Below are positions 1 through 11,300 of a stretch of DNA of 64,000 nt, one piece after another. The notes below the pieces were generated by a model, which was not told the DNA's origin, did no database searches, and worked only from the letters and a program-made list of their open reading frames with translations. Position 1 is the first letter of the stretch; the number at the start of each line of letters is the position of its first letter. Both the position numbers and the translations under genes were made by a program. Origin of the DNA: Eledone cirrhosa (lineage: Eukaryota); the NCBI GenBank assembly GCA_964016885.1, contig OZ024743.1:372806001-372870000 (forward strand). Reading direction: 5' to 3'.

Positions 1-90
1 TGTTGCTTCTGACAGGATCCACTGGAAGCAGTGTTTGAGGACTCTGCCTCCATGCCCCTCTCAGGAATAAGTGGGAGGAGAAGATGACAA
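1..90 (+). mobile_element. 3' end of RTE-type LINE (GAA-tailed family)
   Basis: Same sequence occurs inverted at 36185-36455 and 43470-43721, where it continues into GRRPRGRPRARWLDNI-type RTE C-terminal coding sequence. Confidence 0.6.
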
Positions 91-768
91 ATTATTTTCA
101 CATTTCTTACTATTCTCATATCTTACACATAAGCAGAATCCAGTGGTCAGAAATACTGAGAGATTTAGTGATGAAAGGTGTTCCAAGTATAATGTATCTG
201 GGACTACATTAGTTATTGTATCATATAGTAGTTAGTATTAGAGACTATAGTTGCTGATGTGTCATGCCTGAGCAGCCCTGATCCAACATACCTGTGATGA
301 AAGATGTTCCAACCATGACTATCCCATCTTTTATTCAGATATAATGTATCTAATGACTTCATTATATATTGTATAGTATAGTATAGGTCGCCTCTGATCC
401 AGCAAACCTGTAATCAAAGATGTTTGTGTGACCAACACCAACAGCATCCTAGAGGAGGGGCTTAGCATTATTCCATTGTATGTCTCAACTAAGCTTTGTA
501 GAAGTTGTTTTTTTTAGTAATATAAGATTGGTTCTGCTATATAGGTTAACCTGAATTGAAGGTTTTCAGGTTGGTGAATATTTTGCTAGTTTGGTCAACA
601 GAAAGATACATTTACTTGATCTGGGTGGGGTACAAGCCCCAGTGTAGAAAGAACAACAGACAAAATTTTGTTGTAGACTTGAATATAACAGAAATATATG
701 TTTAATAGAGGAATTTAATAAACATTTGTCGTACTGCCTCTCTGTTCTGTCCCTGTTCAATTTTTCAT

Positions 769-832
<64 letters not shown>

Positions 833-1048
833 AGAGGCCCAACAGTCCAGCTTAAACCATTTCAATGGTCAAATTGGAAATAAATCTGATTAATTTCCAA
901 TCCAGCCATCAAAACAGTTTAAGTTTGACCAGTGGGCTTTCTATCCTATAATAATATCTACATCATCCTACTTTCCTTAAGTATTGAGTATTAAGTTGAA
1001 TAATGGTATTATTAGTCTTAACTAGTAACATCTCATCAGTGTATGTGG

Positions 1049-1104
<56 letters not shown>

Positions 1105-1317
1105 CTGGATAGAAGTTTCATTACTCAACCTGAAACTATCAATAAGTGCAGTCTGTATCTGTGCTGCCTCTCCAGGAAGGTCACCAGGCTCTATGCACTA
1201 AGTACTCTGGTGTTCTCTCTAGGGGGCAGTGGTTCTACTCTGACTCACAACCTCCAATTTAATGAGCCTTTAGGCATGAGAAAGCCTTTTTTTAAACATT
1301 AAATATATTAGAGACAT

Positions 1318-1650
1318 GGAGGCACATGGCTTAGTGGTTAGAGCATTGGGCTTGCAATCGAAAGGTTGTGAGTTCAATTCTCAGACCGGGTGATGTGTTG
1401 TTTCCTTGAGCAAGACACTTTATTTCACATTGCTCCAGTTTACTCAGCTGTAGAAATGAAATGATAGGGACTGGGGCCCATATCATTCCACTACAAAGTG
1501 GTCGTGGAGGTGCCACGGCAAAAAAGCACCCAGCACTCACTGTAAATGAGGTTGGTGTTAGGACGGGCATCCAGCCAGAATCAGTTCCCGTCTCAACCTT
1601 GCAAGCAGGGGAAAAGCGGACGTAAAATGAAATGATGATGATGATGATGA
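1318..1650 (+). mobile_element. tRNA-derived SINE family A with RTE-type tail
   Basis: Head has A box (TGGCTTAGTGG) and B box (GAGTTCAATTC). Near-identical copies at 51613 and 57376. Ends GGACGTAAAATGAAATGATGATG. Confidence 0.85.
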
Positions 1651-1931
1651 CAGTGTATATCTGGTTTAGTATTAGCACACATTAAGTATATTAGATCCAG
1701 TTTAGACTAGGTGGCTAAAAGGGATGGTGCCAGGAAAAATATTTGGTTGTAAAACATTGCCACAAAAAGGAACCCCATGATTTGATTGAAGCCTATCGTG
1801 AGACCCACAAAACTAACCCCTACTTTAGCAGGAAAAAGGCCTTAAAACACGTAGTGTTGTTTTATATTAAGTATGTTAGTATTAACTTAACTATTTCAAA
1901 AACATTTGATGTTCTCTTGTTAAGTCTTCCA

Positions 1932-2147
1932 TTAACCCTTTAACATTTAAACTGGCCGTATCCGGCCAGAATTCTCTCAGCTCTTTCTGTTCAAACTCGT
2001 TGTAACCTGCTGCTCATACTGATGTTAATATATTGTCCTCAAAATAGATACTATCAAAATCTCATAGATTCGATATTATGTGAGATAAAGTCTTTAACGG
2101 GAAAATACAATAGTATATATAGAGTAATGTAAATGCTAAAAAGTTAA
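1932..2147 (+). mobile_element. piggyBac-like MITE family 1
   Basis: TTAA-CCCTTTAACATTTA ... TAAATGCTAAAAAG-TTAA terminal inverted repeats. Copies at 24040, 26799 and 36752. Confidence 0.7.
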
Positions 2148-2186
2148 GCTACACATTAATAGGGTCTGCTTTCCTTTTCTTTCCAG

Positions 2187-2238
2187 TTACCAAATTTACG
2201 TAACAGAGGATTTCCCCTGCCTGATATTAATGCTATTG
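2187..2238 (+). CDS. hook: Hook-family dynein adaptor, internal exon A (LPNLRNRGFPLPDINAI)
   Basis: Polypyrimidine tract + ttccAG acceptor and G|GTAAGA donor. Translation aligns with the Hook-domain motif FTLPDVNLIG. Phase 1 end fits exon B. Confidence 0.85.
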
Positions 2239-2399
2239 GTAAGAAATGGTTTATTTTGTTCTATTACTGTGTGTAGTCATGGCTGTGTGGTTAAAGTGAA
2301 TCACATGGTTTGGGGTTCAATTCCACTGTGTGGCATCTTGAGTAAATGTTTTCTACTAGAGTTTTAGATCTACCAATACCTTCTGAGAAGCCTTTTGTT

Positions 2400-3440
2400 G
2401 CTAGTACAGGTAACAGCTCCCTGAACTTCTTCCACCTTGTTCTCACTCTGGCTACAACACTTTCAGTACATCCACCTATCTCCTCTGATAATAAAGTCCT
2501 CTAGATAGCAAAAACTATCTACTACTTCTAGTGAACCTTCTGAGTATTTGATATAGTTCATTTCCTGAGTACTCTTACTGTTCACTACTCCTGTGCACCC
2601 ATCACATATAAAGTCTACCTTCTCTGTCAGCTTACCTGTGATCCCACTATATCTCCTGCACATCCATATTCTACATTGGGTACACTGCATAGAATTCCTA
2701 TCTACTCTTTTTCTGAATATTGAACACAGCCATTTCTGGTAGCAGAGACCTATCTGCTTTCCTACTTACTAAAACTTCAGTCTTTGCTTGCTAGATTTAC
2801 TTTAATTTCCTTGTCTAAACTTCTCTAGTTCATCTACAGTTTTGGCTATGAGGGTTACATTGTCAGCATACAGGAGCTCCCACATTCAACTAGTTTTGAA
2901 TTCCCTTGTTTATGATTTTGAGAACAATAGACTGGAGGAGGCTGAGAACTGATCACTGCTGGATTCCCACCTGCACAATAAATTCATCACTGTACTCACT
3001 CCTAACTCTTATCTTGCTGATTGCACCTCTGTATATGGCCTATACAGCCCTCACAAACCATTCCTCTCCTTGTGACTTATTAAGTAACCACCAAATTAGT
3101 GTGTAGGATTCTGTCAGAGGCTTTTTCCAGTTTGACAAATACTAAGTATAGGAGCTTATCTCACTAGGAAAAGGGCATTGGTAGTACTGCTCCCTGGCAT
3201 AAAGTCATCATCAAAATCAATTTTGTCCTTAATCAATTTTGCCATCAATCTTTCTATGATTTTCATAATATGGATCCAACAATTTGATGCCTCTGTAATT
3301 ACCTCTCTCTAGTGTTCTTCCTTTACCCTTGCAGCATTTGACAATTATGCTGCTACACTACTCATTGGGTATAAGACTTTCCTATAACACTTGATTAACT
3401 CTGCAAGTGACTAGCTTCTGTCCTAATCCACCAGATATAT
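2400..3440 (-). mobile_element. Decayed RTE LINE reverse-transcriptase fragment
   Basis: Minus-strand remnants ELLYADN, CTQCRIWM, SLEVVDSFCYL; homologous to 55230-56400. Confidence 0.8.
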
Positions 3441-3563
3441 ATTTCTGTTTAATTTCTGACTGTTAATGGTCACTTAAATATCAGTTTTTAATCTGTTAAC
3501 AGTCACTTAAATGTAATTGAATTTCTGATCAAATAGTTACCCCAAAAGTTATTTCTTTTCTAG

Positions 3564-3709
3564 CTGAAACTAGCAGCATGAAAGAATTGGTTTCTTTCCT
3601 GCAGCTGATTCTTGTGTGTGCAATGTATTGTGAAGAGAACACACACATACACCAAATTATGGAAATGGAGGAATCTGTACAACAGGTTGTTATGCAACTT
3701 CTAAAAGAG
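3564..3709 (+). CDS. hook: Hook exon B (AETSSMKELVSFLQLILVCAMYCEENTHIHQIMEMEESVQQVVMQLLKE), end of Hook domain
   Basis: ttttctAG acceptor, GAG|GTAAAC donor. Clear match to the Hook signature LQLILGCAVNC...IMMMEESVQHVVM. Confidence 0.95.
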
Positions 3710-4652
3710 GTAAACCTATTTTATTTGAGATAAACAAATTCACTTTATTGAATTGGATGATGTTCGTGTGTTTTTGTATTCTCAACGAGAGTATTCCATA
3801 GGATGTTGTGCTGGAAAGGACTTGTCTAACCCATGCTAGCATGGAAATGTGGATATAAAAATGATGATAAAGATAATGATGATTTCATTCTGATCACAAA
3901 AGGGACATGGGTTTTTTTTTTTTCATGCAGTAGTCATGTTTTGAAATATATTGTATGTGACCGATTCTGAATCTATAATTATTTAAAAGCCTTCCATCAT
4001 AATTTCATGTAAGGACCTTTGTTATAATCAGAGACACTCCAACATTTGCTATCCTCTGTTTTATTCAGATACAATGTATCTAGGACTACAGGAGTCAATG
4101 TGTGGCTAAGAAGTTTGTTTCGCCATTATGAGGTCCCAGGTTTGAAGACACTGTAGAATACTGTCTTAACCCTAGCCTTGTACCAACCAAAGCTTTGTGA
4201 GGGATATTGTGTAGACAGAGACTGTGTAGAAGTCTGTTGGCTGAATTATACCTGTAATTTAAAAGTCAGCCTTGTCACATTGATGACACTGATTCAGTTT
4301 GGGATTTACTTTAAGGGTGCACATATCTAGAATATTCAACCACTTACATGTTAATTAATAAGTTGGATGTTCTGTTTATTAAACAATTGAATTGTCATCG
4401 TCGAAACTGACGGAGGATCCAAAAGACTATAGGGTATGATTTCGTTACTATTTCACGCAGTTCGTGAGACTGTACAGATTTCTCATCTTTCCACTATTCA
4501 AAAATAGCAGAGTTATCTACCTTGCTTTAAGTCTCAATACAATAATAGCTGTAACATGGTTTGGTTTTGTTGTTGCCACCCAAACAGAAATATAGTAAAA
4601 GATGTTCCATCTATTAAGTATCCCCATTAATATGGTTTGTGTCTTAATTTAG

Positions 4653-4709
4653 GTTGTTAATGAAGACGGCACCTCCAGTATGAATGACAGTTTCCAGGCA
4701 ATAAACGAT
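4653..4709 (+). CDS. hook: Hook exon C, linker (VVNEDGTSSMNDSFQAIND)
   Basis: tttAG acceptor, strong GAT|GTAAGT donor, 57 nt phase 0-0, open frame. Weak sequence similarity (linker region). Confidence 0.7.
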
Positions 4710-4797
4710 GTAAGTAGATTCTTCCATTTTACCATTTATTTGAAATCATATTGTTCACTTCAACACAACTTAATCTTAAAATGTTCTCTCTCTCTCT

Positions 4798-4880
<83 letters not shown>

Positions 4881-4885
<5 letters not shown>

Positions 4886-4985
4886 GGTGTCCCAAAAAGA
4901 TATATATACATTCTTCAACAGCATTGTAATAAATATTGCCTGTACAGGTAATCAAAGTGTGTATACATTTTTGGGACACCCTGTA
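4881..4985. mobile_element. Tiny Tc1/mariner-like MITE
   Basis: Terminal inverted repeats AGGGTGTCCCAAAAAGATATATA / GTATACATTTTTGGGACACCCTG-TA, flanked by microsatellites. Confidence 0.6.
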
Positions 4986-5014
4986 TATATATATGTGTGT
5001 GTGTATATATATAT

Positions 5015-5360
5015 ATTCTATTCTTTTATCTTTTTACTGGTTCCAGTCATTGGACTGCAGCCATGCTGGAGCACCATTTTGATTTAGTTGATCATATCAA
5101 CCCTAGTACATATTTTTTGAGTCTTGTACCTAATTTATTGATCTGTTTGTTAAACTGCTAGGTTATAAGACATAAACAAACAAATATAAGGTCAAACACA
5201 CAGACAGACGGGCTTCTGCAGTTTCCATCTCCCAAACTTCACTGACAAGGCACTTGTCAACCCAAGGCTGCAGTCGAAGACACTTGCTCAAGGTGCCACA
5301 CAGCAGAACTGAACCCAGAACCAATTGGTTGTGAAACAAACTCCTTAACCACACAGCCAT
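5015..5360 (-). mobile_element. tRNA-derived SINE family C
   Basis: Minus-strand head ATGGCTGTGTGGTTAAG...GGTTCAGTTC. Related heads at 2279, 4100 and 44297; related tail at 61212. Confidence 0.65.
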
Positions 5361-6292
5361 ATATATATATATATATATAAGTGGTTGTGTAAGTGACATG
5401 ACAAAAAGCACCCAGTACTCACTATAAATGTGGTTGGTATTAGGGAGGGTATCCTGCTGTAGAACGTAGAAACCAAGCCAAAATCGGTTCTGTATGAGCA
5501 AGACATAGACATCTGACCTCGACATGCCTCAAATAGGACAACCTGTCTAACCCATGTTAGTGTCGAAAATGGACATTAAACAGTGATATCATCATCATCA
5601 TCATCATCACCGTTTTACGTCCGTTCTTCCACACTAGCATGGGTTAGACGGGTTGTCCTGTTGTGGGCAGTGTCTGGTCGGCTGACCATGCCTTGCTCAT
5701 ACAGGAACTGATATATATATATATAAAATATATACACTTTTTAGTCAGAAAGGGAAAGATATTTCCCATGTCCCTTATGGAGGCCTCCAAAACTAGTGGA
5801 AGGGGTGAAGGTATCCTCAGACCAGAGGCCTGACCCAAATTCTTACAACAGATTAGGTTCTGTTGAAAACATCAAGAGCTCAGGAGGAAGGTAGAGTGGC
5901 AAAATATCTGAAGATATGTGATTAACATAATTTATTCTTTAGAATAGGTATACCGTATTCCTGCATATCATATGAAGTGACTATAAAGGGTTGGTATTTG
6001 AAAGCTATAAAATAAAATACCTGTCAAGTACTAGGATTGATTTAATCAACTTTCTCCTCCTCAAAAATGACCGGCTCTGTGTCTAAAGTAGAAACCGTTA
6101 TAGTTGAAGAGTTGAGAAATTGCTATCGACTTCATATGTTTCTAGTGAATTATTCTATAGTCTGACAAAACAAATAATCCAGCATGGGTCTGTAACCAAG
6201 GGTGCCAGAAAATCAGTTGTTTTTTATACTTATCTGTTTCTAAATTAATTTCTAACTCCCTTACTGGTTGATTGTGTGGTCTATTTCTCTAT

Positions 6293-7108
6293 TTAACCCT
6301 TTTGTTACTATATTTCTAATGAGACACTGCCTATGATTTTCACATAATTTTGAAAATTACCAAGAATTTTGAGGGGTTTAGTAACATACCTAACTTTATA
6401 ATTATTAACCCTTTTGTTATATTTCTAATGAGACACTTTGATTTTCACATAATTCTGAAAATAATCAAGAATTTGGTGGGATTTAGTAATATAACTAACT
6501 TTCTTGTTATTTAGCTACTGTTCAGAACATAACTTAAATGTTCTTACATAAAATTATGAAGGAAAGCTTTTAGATAAATATAAACACTTTAACCCTTTCA
6601 TTACTATATTTCTAATGAAAAACACTGCCAATGATTTTCAAATAATTTTGAAAATTTCCAAGATTAAGCTGATGTTTGGAGTGTAACGTTCTTCATAAAA
6701 TTATAATAAAGTTTTTAGATAAATGTAAGCCGTTTAAAATAAACACCATTGCAAACAATCATATATTTAGGAGTGTTGAGTGACTTATGAATTTTGAATG
6801 TATATTAGCTTAATATTAACTGCTTCAATGCAGGTTTCTTATGATGAAAAATAAATGAAGTTGGACATAGAATCCCCTAGAGATGGAAAAAGTAGACAGC
6901 ATCTCCTGTATAATTGGTAGCATAGTCATCTAGCATACAATAGATATGAGTTCAAGTCCCACACATGATGTTATCCACTTTTTCCATCTCTAGGGTATTA
7001 TATGCCCAACTTGTTTAACTATTTAAGCTAATATACATTCAAAATTCAAATAGTTTTGTATAATAGAACCAGCAGCACTCTCAGGCAGTTTGGTCACAAA
7101 AGAGTTAA
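6293..7108 (+). mobile_element. Cluster of nested piggyBac-like MITE family 2 copies
   Basis: TTAACCCTTT(TG/CA)TTACTATATTTCTAATGA-like starts near 6293, 6405 and 6589; matching end GGTCACAAAAGAGTTAA at 7108. Related pieces near 36041, 40013 and 51446. Confidence 0.55.
6789..7047. mobile_element. Fold-back element with nested inverted repeats and tRNA-like centre
   Basis: Perfect 25-bp outer IR (6789-6813/7023-7047) and ~44-bp inner IR (6860-6903/6967-7010). Partial second copy at ~24630-24740. Confidence 0.65.
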
Positions 7109-7560
7109 ACTGCCCTCTACTGTATTATATAACTTTGAAAAACATTATTTTTTTAAATCGGGCAACTATGAAAAGAAACTGTTAATAATATCGGACAACT
7201 ATAAAAAAAAAACTGTAAAAATTATCAGACAACTATAAAAAAATAAAAAAATATCAGACAACTAAAACAAAACTGTAAAAATTCTCAGACAACTTCTTTC
7301 CCTTTTACAGCTTTCCAAGTATTACTCTCAGGTTCTTCAATTTCCTTTTAAATTTTTTACTTGATCCTGTTTATTTTTACTTTTGCTCATTTTTACACAG
7401 TTTGCTCAGTTAGTGGTTTTTGTCCTTTAGTTTCCAACCTCCTTTCATGTTTTCAACTTTTGTTGGCTTTTTTTTTTCTTTGTAACCAATATCTTGTGGG
7501 TTCCTTTATTTTTGTTTTATATTTCAATTTTTTAACACATTTTTTTGCTGTTTCAATTTC

Positions 7561-7915
7561 AGCAGAAGTGTTTAACTTGAACACCTAAACACCTTCATAA
7601 AATTATTTAATTTGGACATTTAAACATTATCATAAAAGTATTTTGCCTTGTTAACTAAACACTATCAGAGAAGTGTTTATTTTGGAAACCTAAATATTAT
7701 CATAGATGTGTTTAGCTTAGAAAGCTAAACACTTTTGTGGAAATGTTTCATTTTGAAAGTTAAACACTTTTGTGGAAATGTTTCATTTTGAAAGTTAAAC
7801 ACTTTTGTGGAAATGTTTCATTTTGAAAGCTAAACACTTTTGTGGAAATGTTTCATTTTGAAAGTTAAACACTTTTGTGGAAATGTTCAATTTGGAGATC
7901 TAAACACTTTTGCTC
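7561..7915. repeat. 35-bp tandem repeat (~10 copies)
   Basis: TAAACACTTTTGTGGAAATGTTTCATTTTGAAAG(T/C) at 7726, 7761, 7796, 7831, 7866; degenerate copies upstream with the same period. Confidence 0.85.
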
Positions 7916-8779
7916 TAAATATTGCTGAAAGTTTTGTAATTTTTGCCTCTAAAGTTGCATGTCTGTTTGTAATCAATCCTTGCTTTATTCTCATTTTTAA
8001 CTTCAATACAATGTGAGTAATGTATTTTCAAATTATAGGGATATATATATATATATATATATCTGTGTTTGTCTGTCTATGTATATAATATGTATACAGC
8101 CTGTTACATGGTCAAATCCTGAACTTAACCAGCACACACACTCACAAAGTTAGCCCAATGAGGATGGTAGTTTAAGCCCTGTATAAAGTTGACTGGCCTG
8201 GCACCATTTGCTTATATTTGGGTATTCATTCCCTTTTCTGAAACCAGAAGAATGTATTTTGTCAATCAAGCCTTATTACAGTCTTTGGAGAAAACAGAAT
8301 TGTTTAGTGTGACCTTAGCAAAGAGTCAGACTGTCAAACTCTATTTTCCCATATCCAGTATTGGGTTTCTAGTTTCTGAATAATCTTGTGATGTCCTGAA
8401 GTTGATCTAAACTTTCAAGAAATTAAGTGATTGTGATAAATGTCTCAACACTTGAAGCACAGAAAACATTCAAGAAAAATATTGACTAGCACTGCAACAC
8501 TACAAAGAACTTCTTAATCTAGATATGAATTACAGTAGAAGATCCAGTAATTATCATACTGTCTGTGCAAATTGAACATAATAGTAATGATTATAATAGC
8601 AATAATAATAATAATAATAATAATAATCATATAGGGAAATAGGTATAGTGAGAAATGTCACAAATAGAAAGAAGAAACAACTAGAGAGAAGATTCAAGAA
8701 CAGAAATATCTGTCCTCCAGTAAATTTTATGAAAGGAGTGCAAGAATGTAGAAAATGACATTGCTAAACGGATCCATCT

Positions 8780-9075
8780 TAACCGATGTGACTAGCCTGG
8801 TGGTCAGAACTGAGAGAAGGTACTACATTTAGTGTGAGAGAGTGAGGGTCCATCTTAACCAATGTGACTGTAGGGTGATGGTCAGAAATGAGAGATTGTA
8901 CCACGTTTAGTGTGAAGAAGTGAAGGTCCCCTGTAACTAATGTGACTGTAGGCTGGGGATCAGAAATGAGAGGAGGTACTACATTTAGTGTGAGAGAGTG
9001 AGAGTCCCATGTAACCAATGTGACTGTAGGGTGATGGTCAGAACTAAGAGGAGCTACTATATTTTGTGTGTCAGT
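8780..9075. repeat. ~78-bp degenerate tandem repeat (~4 copies)
   Basis: ATGTGACTGTAGG...TCAGAA...CATTTAGTGTGAGAG recurs at ~8787, 8862, 8940, 9018. Confidence 0.75.
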
Positions 9076-9195
9076 GTAATCTGGGGTTATATTTCAAATC
9101 ACCCTCTGTGGTTTCACTCCAATTTGAGTGCAGGGTCCTTTTCCTGTTTCCTACTTTGTTCTGTAATGTTATTTCTATTTATTATTACCTCTTTA

Positions 9196-9417
9196 TTAAC
9201 TCTTAACATCCTGTAATAATTTAGCAGAAAATATCCAAAATATGAGTTTGTCAATTCAAATGATTATAATATCTTTACTAATGGACAGATCATTGTAAAT
9301 ATTTGCAGTAAATTAGAGACTTTAATTCTTAATGTAATACAGTCATAGTGCTGTCTTATACTTTATATGACTCTCTTGCTAATGCAGCTTCATGTGGTAC
9401 AGGATGTTAAGAGTTAA
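9196..9417. mobile_element. TTAA-flanked MITE family 3
   Basis: Perfect 20-bp inverted termini TTAACTCTTAACATCCTGTA / TACAGGATGTTAAGAGTTAA. Confidence 0.7.
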
Positions 9418-9734
9418 TGTGTCCTTATTGTTATTGCTGCCTCCCTTCTTTTACTCAGTATAAATTCCCCACCATGTCTTGTTAATTGTTTTCATACGTA
9501 TTTAATTTTTGTATTATTCTCGGCATCTGGAGCCCTTGTGGCCAATGAAAGAAATAATAATAATAATAATAATGATAATTTCTTTGTTAGGCTCAAGGCC
9601 AGAAATCTGAGGTTGGTGGGTCGATCAATGATGTCAACCCAGGAACATTAATGGTACTTCAGTTTATCAATCTCAGGAGGGAAGGAAAAATTGACCCCTA
9701 CAGGAATTGAACTCAGAATATAAAAAAAAAAGAA

Positions 9735-9915
9735 ATTTTTCGAGTTACAGCCCTTTACATCCTGAGTTCAAATCCTGTCTAGGTTAGCTTTGCCTTTCAT
9801 CTTTACAGTATCAATAAAATAAAGTACCAGTAACACACTGGGGTCGGTTTAATCGACTTTCCCCTTCTCCCAAATTGCTGGCCGTGTGCCTATAATAGAA
9901 ATCATCAATATTATT
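9735..9915 (+). mobile_element. tRNA-derived SINE family B (5'-truncated)
   Basis: CTGAGTTCAAATCC B box + core CTTTGCCTTTCATC...ATAAAATAAAGTACCAG + (ATT)n tail. Further copies at ~25597, 28283, 30065, 33872, 35464, 35712, 43135, 46280. Confidence 0.7.
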
Positions 9916-11300
9916 ATTATAATTTGCTAAAAATGTTTGTTTACATCAAGGCTTTGTTGATGAATGATGAATCTAGGGCTTGTTTGAGGAATTTATGCAT
10001 TACATCATGTAGAGTTCCTGATACATGTTTAAAAAATGGACATTTCCAAAGAATGGTACCTGTATTTCAATATATACATGATAGTTGGAGTTTTTTTGTT
10101 TTCTCTTATCTCATTAAATAACTGTGTATGCTCATAGATAAGCTGCAACCCTTTTTGTTTTTGTAATCCATCCACGGGCTCTTAACTTCTGATGGAATCA
10201 TAAAATGCCCTCATGATACACAGCATGTCTTAGGCATTATACCTGGTGGAGCCCATCCTTCTCCAGTTCTAAACATAGCCAATTTCTTCCAGAGAAAGAG
10301 TGAAAGAAGTGAGCAAGTATTTAGTTAAAATAATCCCAGTCATTGCCAATACAGTCTAGCAATATCCTGAACTCATAGATATCGTAGCAATGTATTTCTA
10401 TGATTCATGCTAGAAATGAAGAGATTAACATGTAACTTGCCACTCCTGATTAACTGACAATATATACAGCATCTGATGGACATTAGGATTAGAACTGGTC
10501 AGTAGTAGAGAATAACATATATTTTGGATACATGAAAGGCATGTCATATATATATATGTTATAAGGAGCAACCCTGAAGTATCAATATAACATCAACATG
10601 TTTATTCACATGTGACATGTGTTTGGATATTGCTCAAAGTTCAATTGGTTAATGTCTCCAATATTATTTCAAACAAAAAACACACACACACAAATTACTA
10701 CTACTACTACTACAACTGTACATCATCAGCATGATGTCATCAATGTATTTTTTTTTTTTTTGTAACACTAGTATTTATATAGATTGAGCGATGACATGAC
10801 CAATACAAACTAGTACGTACTAATAATTTACCAATTTATGTATGTGTGTGTGTGCGCATGCTGGGAGTTCGAAGCTCGGGACAAGATTTAGCAAATAAGA
10901 GGTACATGTTTTTTTTTATATATATTTTTTAGAATAAAAAAGAAATATCAGCTTATCTAGATGTATACACAGTAATTAATCCCCTACCCCACCCAGTGTA
11001 TTATATACATTATTGCAGGAGACTGCAATATCATATCTATCATACTTTGTTTTCTAAACTTTAAATAAGATTTATTTATTCATATTTCTGTCCTATTTGA
11101 TGCCATATAAGAAAGATCCCATTTGCTTTTCACACAGCTCAAAAATAGCATCTGGTCCTTATATGTAAGTTGAGCTACATATTTTACTAGCATTGAATAA
11201 ATAAACACTACAGTCATCACTCACAATTGAGTATAACTTGGTAGTATGTACCATAGAGTTGTAGGTGCCCATGTAGTCATGAGCAGACACAAATACCTTC

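Noticed and set aside
1318-1395. tRNA genes (also 35712, 36774, 51613, 57376)
   Set aside because: These are SINE heads: they continue into shared bodies and LINE-type tails and lack a full cloverleaf and terminator.
10770-10905. Additional Hook exon in the large intron
   Set aside because: AG/GT-like sites are present, but I found no phase-0 open combination without stops and no Hook similarity.
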